Shown here piece by piece: positions 54,101 to 64,000 of a DNA stretch of 64,000 bases; position 1 is the stretch's first letter, and every line of letters starts with the position of its first letter. The stretch lies in contig OZ024744.1 in NCBI GenBank assembly GCA_964016885.1, positions 22,692,001 to 22,756,000 on the forward strand, written 5' to 3'. The stretch is from Eledone cirrhosa. Taxonomy: Eukaryota. Made by a program: the position numbers and the translations under genes. The notes beneath the pieces are model-generated. The model did not search any database, was not told where the DNA came from, and saw only the letters and a program-made list of their open reading frames with translations.

Positions 54101-57100
54101 CAAGTCTAGCAGAGACTGCCCACCTTCCACAAATCTAACAGAGACTGCCCACCTTCGACAAACCTAATTGAGACTGTCCACCTTCGACAAGTGTAACAGA
54201 GACTGGCCACCTTAGACAAGTCTAAAAGAGAATGCCCACCTTCGACAAGCCTAACAGAGACTTCCCACTTTCGACAAACCTAAGAGAGACTGCCCACCTT
54301 CGAGAAACCCAACAGAGACTCCCCACTTTCGACAAGTCTAACAGATACTGCCAACCTTCGACAAACCTAACACAGACTGCCCACCTGCGACAAGCCTAAC
54401 ATTGACTGCCCTACTTCGACAAACCTAACAATGACTGCCCACCTTCGACAAACCTAACAGAGACACCCCAGCTTCGACTAGTCTAACAGAGACTGCCCAC
54501 TTTCGACAAACCTAACAGAGACTGCCCACTTTCGACAAGCCTAATATAGACTGCCCACATTCGACAAGCCTAAAAGAGACTGCCCAGCTTCGTCAACCTT
54601 AACAGAGACTCCCCACTTTCGACAAGCGTAACAAAGACTGCTCATCTTCAACAAATCTAACAGAGACAGCCCACCTTCGACAAACCTAACAGAGACAGCC
54701 CACCTTCGACAAGCGTAACATAGACTCCCCACATTCGACATGTCTAACTGATACTGCCCATTTTCGACAAATCTAGCAGAGACTGGCCACCTTAGATAAG
54801 TCTAACAGAGACTGCCCACCTTCGACAAGCTTAACAGAGACTGCCCACTTTCGACAAACCAAACAGAGATTGCGCACCTTCGTCTAACCTAACATAGACT
54901 CCCCCCCTTCGACAAGCCTAACAGAGACTGCGCACCTTCGACAAGCCTATCAGAGACTGCCCACAATCGACAAGCCTAACAGAGACTGCCCACCTTCGAG
55001 AAACCTAACTGAGACGACCGTCCTTCGACAAACCTAACAGAGACTACCCACCTTCGACAATCTAACAGAGACTGCCCTACTTCGACAAACCTAACAGAGA
55101 CTGCCTACCTTCGACAAGTCTAACAGAGACTAGCCACCTTCGACAAGTCTAACAGAGACTGCCCACCTTCAACAAGTCTAACAGAGACTGCCCACCTTCG
55201 ACAAACCAAACAGAGTCTGCCCACCTTCGACAAGTCTAAGAGAGACTGCCCACCTTTGACAATCCTAACAGAGACTCCCCACCTTCGACAAACCTAACAG
55301 AGATTCCCCACCTTCGACAAGCCTAACAGAGACTGCCCACATTCGAGAAACCTAACAGAGCCTGCCCACCTTTGTCTAACCTAACAGAGACTCCCCACCT
55401 TCGACAAGCCTAACAGAGACTTCCCACCTTCAACAAGCCTAACAGAGACTGTCCACCTTCGACAAGCCTAACAGAGAGTGCCCACCTTCGACAAACCTAA
55501 CAGAGACTGCGCACCTTCGACTAACCTAACATAGACTGCCCACCTTCGACAAGCCTAACAGAGACTGCCCAGCTTCGACAAGCCTAACAGAGACTGCTCA
55601 CCTTCGAGAAACCTAACAGAGACTACCGTCCATCGACAAACCTAACAGAGACTACCCACCTTCGACAAATCTAAGACAGACTGCCCACACTCAACAAGCC
55701 TAACAGGGACTGCCAACATTTGACAAGGCTAATAAAGACTACCAAACTTAGATAAGCCTATCAGAGACTACCCACCTTCTACAAGCCTAACAGAGTCTAT
55801 CAACCTTAGACAAGCCTAACAGAGACTGCCCAACTTTGACAAAACTAACAGAGACTGCCCACCTTCGTCAACCCTAGCAGATACTGCCCACCTTCGACTT
55901 AGCAATCAGAGACTTCCCATCTTTGACAAAACTAACAGTGACTGCCCACTTTCCAGAAGCCTAACAGTGACTTCCGACCTTCGACAAGTCTAACAGAGAC
56001 TGCTCATTTTCGACAAACCTAACAGAGACTGCCCAACTTCGACAAGTCTAACAATGACCACCCACCTTCAACAAGCCTAACAGTGACTGCCCACCTTCGA
56101 CAAGTCTAACATAGACTACCCAACTTAGACTAGTCTAGCAGAGACTGCGCACCTTCGACTAACCTAACAGCGACTGCCCACCTTCGACAAAACTAACAGA
56201 GACTGTCCACCTTCTACAAACCTAACAGAGACTGCCCACCTTCGACAACTGTAACAGAGACTGCCCACCTTCGACAAGTCTAACAGAGAGTGCTCATATT
56301 CGACAAGCCTAACAGAGACAGCCCACCTTCGACAAACCTAACAGAGACTGTCCACCTTCGACAAATCTAATAGAGACTGCCCACCTTCGACAAGCCTAAC
56401 ATAGAGTGCCCACCTTCGACCAGCCTAACAGAGACTGCAACCTTCGACAAGTCTAACAGAAACTGCCCAGCTTCATCAAACCTAACTGAGACTGCCCACC
56501 TTCGACAACCCTAACGGAGACTGCCCACCTTCGACATGTGTAACAGAGACTGTCCACCTTAGAAAAGTCTAACAGAAAATGCCCACTTTCGACAAGCCTA
56601 ACAGAGACTGCCCACTTTCGATAAACGTAACATAGACTGCCCATCTTCGACAAGCCTAACAAACATGGTCCCCGTTCGACAAGCCTAACAGAGACTGCCT
56701 ACCTTAGACAAGTCTAAGAGAGACGGCCCACCTTCGAAAAGCCTAACAGAGACTGCTCACCTTCGACAAACCTAACGGAGACTGCCCACCTTCGACAAGT
56801 GTAACAGAGACTGCCCACCTTCGACAAGTCTAACAGAGACTGCCCACCTTCGACAAGTCTAACATGGACTGCCCACTTTCGATAAACCTAACAGTGATTG
56901 CCCACTTTCGACAACCTAACAGAGACTCCCCACCTTCGACAAACCTAACAGAGATTCCCCAACTTCGACAAGCCTGACAGAGACTGCCCACAATCGAGAA
57001 ACCTAACAGAGCCTGCCCACCTTTGTCTAACCTAACAGAGACTCCCCACCTTCGACAAGCCTAACAGAGACTGCCCACCTTCGACAAGCCTAACAGAGAC

Positions 57101-60100
57101 TGTCCACCTTCGACAAGCCTAACAGAGAGTGCCCACCTTCGACAAGTCTAACAGAGACTACCCACCTTCGACAAGCTTAACAGAGACTGCCCACCTTCGA
57201 CAAACCTAACGGAGACTGCCCACCTTCGACAAGTATAACAGAGACTGGCCACCTTAGATAAGTCTAACAGAGACTGCCCACATTCGACAAGCTTAACAGA
57301 GACTGCCCACCTTCGAGAAACCTAACAGAGACTGCGCACCTTCGACTAACCTAACATAGACTGCCCAGCTTCGACAAGCCTAACAGAGACTGCCCACCTT
57401 CGAGAAACCTAACAGAGACTACCGTCCGTCGACAAACCTAACAGAGACTACCCACCTTCGACAAGTCTAAGACAGGCTGCCCACCCTCGACAAGACTAAC
57501 AGGGACTGCCAACATTTGACAAGGCTAATAAAGACTACCGACCTTCGATAAGCCTATCAGAGACTGCTCACCTTCGACAAACCTAACGGAGACTGCCCAC
57601 CTTCGACAAGTGTAACAGAGACTGCCCACCTTCGACAAGTCTAACAGAGACTGCCCACCTTCGACAAGTCTAACATGGACTGCCCACTTTCGACAAACCT
57701 AACAGTGACTGCCCACTTTCGACAACGTAACAGTGACTACCGACCTTCGACAAACCTAACAGAGGCTACCGACCTTCGACAAACCTAACAGAGACTGCCC
57801 ACCCTCGACAAACCTAACAGAGACTGCCCAACCTTGACAAACCTAACAGAGACTGACCACCTTCGACAAGTCTAATAGAGACTGCCCATCTTCGACAAAC
57901 CTAACATAGGCTACCGACCATCGACAAACCTAACGGAAACTGCCTACCCTCGACAAACCTAACAGAAACTGCCCACCTTCGGCAAACCAAACGAAGACTG
58001 CCGACCTTCGACAAACCTAACAGAGACTACCCACCTTCGACAAGTCTAATAGAAACTGCCCACCGTCAACAAGCCTTACGGAGACTGCCCACCTTCGACA
58101 AACCTAACAGAGTGTACCCATATTCGACAAGTCTAACAGAGACTGCCCACCTTCGACAACCCTAACAGAAGCTACCGACCTTCGACAAACCTAACAGAAA
58201 CTACCCACCCTCGACAAACCTAACAGAGACTGCCCACCATGGACAAAACTAACAGTGACTGCCCACTTTCGACAAACCTAACAGAGACGGCCTGCCTTCG
58301 ACAAGCCTAACAGAGACTGCCCACATTCGAGAAACCTAACAGAGCCTGCCCACCTTTGACTAACCTAACAGAGACTCCCACCTTCGACAAGCCTAACAGA
58401 GACTGCCCACCTTCGACAAGCCTAACAGAGACTGCTCACCTTCGACAAACCTAACAGAGACTGTCCACCTTCGACAAGTCTCACAGGGACTGGCCACCTT
58501 CGACAAACCTAACAGAGACTGTCCACCTTCGACAAGCCTAACAGAGACTGTCCACCTTCGACAAGCCTAACAGAGACTGCCCACCTTCGACAAACCTAAC
58601 AGAGACTGTCCACCTTCGACAAGCCTAACAGAGACTGCCCACCTTCGACAAACCTAACAGAGACTGTCCACCTTCGACAAGTCTAACAGAGACTGGCCAC
58701 CTTCGACAAGCCTAACAGAGACTGCCCACCTTCGACAAACCTAACAGAGACTGTCCACCTTCGACAAGCCTAACAGAGACTGCCCACCTTCGACAAACCT
58801 AACAGAGACTGTCCACCTTCGACAAGCCTATCAGAGACTGTCCACCTTCGACAAGCCTAACAGAGACTTTCCCACCTTCGACAAACCTAACAGAGACTGC
58901 CCACTTTCGATGAACGTAACATAGACTGCCCATCTTCTACAAGCCTAACAAAGATGGCCCCCGTTCGACAAGCCTAACAGAGACTGCCTACCTTAGAGAA
59001 GTCTAAGAGCGACGGCCCACCTTCGACAAGCCTATCAGAGACTGTCCACCTTCGACAAGCCTAACAGACTCTGTCCACCTTCGACAAGCCTAACAGAGAC
59101 TGCTCACCTTCGACAAACCTAACGGAGACTGCCCACATTTGACAAGTATAACAGAGACTGCCCACCTTTTACAAGTCTAACAGAGACTGCCTACCTTCGA
59201 CAAGTCTAACATGGACTGCCCACTTTCGACAAACCTAACAATGACTGTCCACTCTCGACAACCTAACAGTGACTGCCCACTTTTCACAAACCTAACAGAG
59301 ACTACCGACCTTCGACAAACCTAACAGAGGATACCGTCCTTCGACAAACCTAACAGAGACTGCCCACCCTCGACAAACCTAACAGTGACTGCCCACCTTC
59401 GACAAACCTAACAGTGACTGCCCACTTTCGACAAGCCTAACAGAGACTGCCTACCTTAGAGAAGTCTAAGAGAGACGGCCCACCTTCGAAAAGCCTAACA
59501 GAGACTGCTCACCTTCGACAAACCTAACGGAGACTGCCCACCTTAGACAAGTGTAACAGAGACTGCCCACCTTCGACAAGTCTAACAGAGACTGCCTACC
59601 TTCGACAAGTCTAACATAGACTGCCCACTTTCGACAAACCTAACAGAGACTGCCCACCCTTGACAAACCTAACAGAGACTGACCACCTACGTCAAGTCTA
59701 ATAGAGACTGCCCTTCTTCGACACACCTAACAGAGGCTACCGACCATCGACAAACCTAACGGAAACTGCCTACCCTCGACAAACCTAACAGAGACTGCCC
59801 ACCTTCGACATACCTAACACTGACTGCCCACTTTCTACGAGTCTAATAGAGACTGCCCACCGTCAACAAGCTTAACGGAGCCTGCCCACCTTCGACAAAC
59901 CTAACAGAGTGTATCCATATTCGACAAGTCTAACAGAGACTGCCCACCTTCGACAAACCTAAAAGAGGCTACCGACCTTCGACAAACCTAACAGAAACTA
60001 CCCACCCTCGACAAACCTAACAGAGACTGCCCACCATGGACAAAACTAACAGTGACTGCCCACTTTCGACAAACCTAACAGAGACTGCCTGCCTTCGAGA

Positions 60101-61076
60101 AGTCTAACAGAGACTAGCCACCTTCGACAAGTCTAACAGAGACTGCCCACCTTCAACAAGTCTAACAGAGACTGCCCACCTTCGACAAGCCAAACAGAGT
60201 CTGCCCACCTTCGACAAACCTAACAGAGACTGCCCACATTCGAGAAACCTAACAGAGCCTGCCCACCTTTGACTAACCTAACAGAGACTCCCACCTTCGA
60301 CAAGCCTAACAGAGACTGCCCACCTTCGACAAGCCTAACAGAGACTGCCCACCTTCGACAAACCTAACAGAGACTGTCCACCTTCGACAAACCTAACAGA
60401 GACTGGCCACCTTCGACAAGTCTAACAGAGACTGGCCACCTTCGACAAAACTAACAGAGACTGTCCACCTTCGACAAGCCTAACAGAGACTGTCCACCTT
60501 CGACAAGCATAACAGAGACTGCCCACCTTCGACAAACCTAACAGAGACTGTCCACCTTCGACAAGCCTAACAGAGACTGTCCACCTTCGACAAGCCTAAC
60601 AGAGATTGCCCACTTTCGATAAACGTAACATAGACTGCCCATCTTCGACAAGCCTAACAAAGATGGCCCCCGTTCGACAAGCCTAACAGAGACTGCCCGC
60701 CTTCGACAAACCTAACAGAGACTGCCCACTTTCGATAAACGTAACATAGACTGCCCATCTTCGACAAGCCTAACAAATATGGCCCCCGTTCGACAAGCCT
60801 AACAGAGACTGCCTACCTTAGACAAGTCTAAGAGAGACGGCCCACCTTCGAAAAGCCTAACAGAGACTGCTCACCTTCGACAAACCTAACGGAGATTGCC
60901 CACCTTAGACAAGTGTAACAGAGACTGCCGACCTTCGACAAGTCTAACAGAGACTGCCTACCTTCAACAAGTCTAACATAGACTGCCCACTTTCGACAAA
61001 CCTAACAGAGACTGCCCACCCTTGACAAACCTAACAGAGACTGACCACCTTCGACAAGTCTAATAGAGACGGCCCA
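42130..61076 (+). repeat. Non-adjacent duplication: ~42130-48820 versus ~54067-61076
   Basis: Near-identical spurious ORFs at 44517 and 56453 (offset 11936). Variant order is shared, and the offset grows to 12081 and beyond through whole-monomer indels. Confidence 0.85.
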
Positions 61077-64000
61077 CTTTCGATGAACGTAACATAGACT
61101 GCCCATCTTCTACAAGCCTAACAAAGATGGCCCCCGTTCGACAAGCCTAACAGAGACTGCCTACCTTAGAGAAGTCTAAGAGCGACGGCCCACCTTCGAC
61201 AAGCCTATCAGAGACTGTCCACCTTCGACAAGCCTAACAGACTCTGTCCACCTTCGACAAGCCTAACAGAGACTGCTCACCTTCGACAAACCTAACGGAG
61301 ACTGCCCACATTTGACAAGTATAACAGAGACTGCCCACCTTTTACAAGTCTAACAGAGACTGCCTACCTTCGACAACTCTAACATGGACTGCCCACTTTC
61401 GACAAACCTAACAATGACTGTCCACTCTCGACAACCTAACAGTGACTGCCCACTTTTCACAAACCTAACAGAGACTACCGACCTTCGACAAACCTAACAG
61501 AGGATACCGTCCTTCGACAAACCTAACAGAGACTGCCCACCCTCGACAAACCTAACAGTGACTGCCCACTTTCGACAAGCCTAACAGAGACTGCCTACCT
61601 TAGAGAAGTCTAAGAGAGACGGCCCACCTTCGAAAAGCCTAACAGAGACTGCTCACCTTCGACAAACCTAACGGAGACTGCCCACCTTAGACAAGTGTAA
61701 CAGAGACTGCCCACCTTCGACAAGTCTAACAGAGACTGCCTACCTTCGACAAGTCTAACATAGACTGCCCACTTTCGACAAACCTAACAGAGACTGCCCA
61801 CCCTTGACAAACCTAACAGAGACTGACCACCTTCGGCAAGTCTAATAGAGACTGCCCTTCTTCGACACACCGAACAGAGGCTACCGACCATCGACAAACC
61901 TAACGGAAACTGCCTACCCTCGACAAACCTAACAGAGACTGCCCACCTTCGACATACCTAACACTGACTGCCCACTTTCTACGAGTCTAATAGAGACTGC
62001 CCACCGTCAACAAGCCTAACGGAGCCTGCCCACCTTCGACAAACCTAACAGAGTGTATCCATATTCGACAAGTCTAACAGAGACTGCCCACCTTCGACAA
62101 ACCTAAAAGAGGCTACCGACCTTCGACAAACCTAACAGAAACTACCCACCCTCGACAAACCTAACAGAGACTGCCCACCATGGACAAAACTAACAGTGAC
62201 TGCCCACTTTCGACAAACCTAACAGAGACTGCCTGCCTTCGAGAAGTCTAACAGAGACTAGCCACCTTCGACAAGTCTAACAGAGACTGCCCACCTTCAA
62301 CAAGTCTAACAGAGACTGCCCACCTTCGACAAGCCAAACAGAGTCTGCCCACCTTCGACAAACCTAACAGAGACTGCCCACAGTCGAGAAACCTAACAGA
62401 GCCTGCCCACCTTTGACTAACCTAACAGAGACTCCCACCTTCGACAAGCCTAACAGAGACTGCCCACCTTCGACAAGCCTAACAGAGACTGCCCACCTTC
62501 GACAAACCTAACAGAGACTGTCCACCTTCGACAAACCTAACAGAGACTGGCCACCTTCGACAAGTCTAACAGAGACTGGCCACCTTCGACAAAACTAACA
62601 GAGACTGTCCACCTTCGACAAGCCTAACAGAGACTGTCCACCTTCGACAAGCCTAACAGAGACTGCCCACCTTCGACAAACCTAACAGAGACTGTCCACC
62701 TTCGACAAGCCTAACAGAGACTGTCCACCTTCGACAAGCCTAACAGAGATTGCCCACCTTCGACAAACCTAACAGAGACTGCCCACTTTCGATAAACGTA
62801 ACATAGACTGCCCATCTTCGACAAGCCTAACAAAGATGGCCCCCGTTCGACAAGCCTAACAGAGACTGCCCGCCTTCGACAAACCTAACAGAGACTGCCC
62901 ACTTTCGATAAACGTAACATAGACTGCCCATCTTCGACAAGCCTAACAAATATGGCCCCCGTTCGACAAGCCTAACAGAGACTGCCTACCTTAGACAAGT
63001 CTAAGAGATTCGGCCCACCTTCGAAAAGCCTAACAGAGACTGCTCACCTTCGACAAACCTAACGGAGACTGCCCACCTTAGACAAGTGTAACAGAGACTG
63101 CCGACCTTCGACAAGTCTAACAGAGACTGCCTACCTTCAACAAGTCTAACATAGACTGCCCACTTTCGACAAACCTAACAGAGACTGCCCACCCTTGACA
63201 AACCTAACAGAGACTGACCACCTTCGACAAGTCTAATAGAGACGGCCCACTTTCGATGAACGTAACATAGACTGCCCATCTTCTACAAGCCTAACAAAGA
63301 TGGCCCCCGTTCGAGAAGCCTAACAGAGACTGCCTACCTTAGAGAAGTCTAAGAGCGACGGCCCACCTTCGACAAGCCTATCAGAGACTGTCCACCTTCG
63401 TTCGACAAGCCTAACAGACTCTGTCCACCTTCGACAAGCCTAACAGAGACTGCTCACCTTCGACAAACCTAACGGAGACTGCCCACATTTGACAAGTATA
63501 ACAGAGACTGCCCACCTTTTACAAGTCTAACAGAGACTGCCTACCTTCGACAAGTCTAACATGGACTGCCCACTTTCGACAAACCTAACAATGACTGTCC
63601 ACTCTCGACAACCTAACAGTGACTGCCCACTTTTCACAAACCCAACAGAGACTACCGACCTTCGACAAACCTAACAGAGGATACCGTCCTTCGACAAACC
63701 TAACAGAGACTGCCCACCCTCGACAAACCTAACAGTGACTGCCCACCTTCGACAAACCTAACAGTGACTGCCCACTTTCGACAAGCCTAACAGAGACTGC
63801 CTACCTTAGAGAAGTCTAAGAGAGACGGCCCACCTTCGAAAAGCCTAACAGAGACTGCTCACCTTCGACAAACCTAACGGAGACTGCCCACCTTAGACAA
63901 GTGTAACAGAGACTACCCACCTTCGACAAGTCTAACAGAGACTGCCTACCTTCGACAAGTCTAACATAGACTGCCCACTTTCGACAAACCTAACAGAGAC
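58900..64000 (+). repeat. 2,173-bp (75-monomer) tandem higher-order repeat, at least 2.3 copies
   Basis: Marker TGAACGTAAC at 58911, 61084 and 63257, spaced exactly 2173 apart. Other variants (AAGAGCGACGG, AGACTCTGTCC, GAGGATACCGT) recur in step. Confidence 0.9.

Larger units (their letters stand above)
7941..64000 (+). repeat. 29-bp tandem satellite array, about 1,900 monomers, continuing past the window end
   Basis: Same monomer and orientation throughout, with no non-satellite interruption or inversion seen. The + strand is C/A-rich (consensus 11C, 10A, 4G, 4T). Confidence 0.98.

Noticed and set aside
8699-56662. Short 62-81 aa ORFs in the satellite (also 991-1179 and 2171-2362)
   Set aside because: These are translations of the 29-bp repeat. 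The monomer's TAA/TAG returns to frame every 87 bp, and ORFs appear only where one is mutated. Identical copies simply mark the duplications.
1-64000. CRISPR array (29-bp repeat length)
   Set aside because: The repeats are directly head-to-tail with no unique spacers. There are no cas genes, and the context is eukaryotic.
7941-64000. CENP-B box in the monomer (CTTCG....A)
   Set aside because: Only TTCG and the A match. The essential CGGG half is replaced by TAAC.

Overview
This is eukaryotic, probably metazoan, heterochromatin-type DNA. About 92% of the window is a single-orientation tandem satellite with a 29-bp monomer (consensus CCTAACAGAGACTGCCCACCTTCGACAAA; common ends ...AAG/CC and ...AAG/TC). 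One full-length but decayed 5,246-bp Ty3/gypsy LTR retrotransposon interrupts it at 2695-7940. The element looks like the CsRn1 lineage: 293-bp LTRs about 95% identical, AGTC target-site duplication, tRNA-Trp primer-binding site, PPT, gag, and pol (PR-RT-RNaseH-IN) in the -1 frame with a hairpin at the junction. It carries at least 3 premature stops and 1 frameshift. The satellite is hierarchically organised: a near-identical 5.8-6.6 kb triplication starting one monomer from the 3' LTR, an older ~3 kb duplication, a ~6.7 kb duplication at ~12 kb offset, a 2,173-bp higher-order repeat at the right end, and a 521-bp patch apparently copied from 19.6 kb away. No host genes, RNA genes or CRISPR arrays were found. 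I cannot support a wholly new protein-coding system. The most novel signals are the retroelement-satellite relationship and the array's recombination history. All alignments were done by eye.
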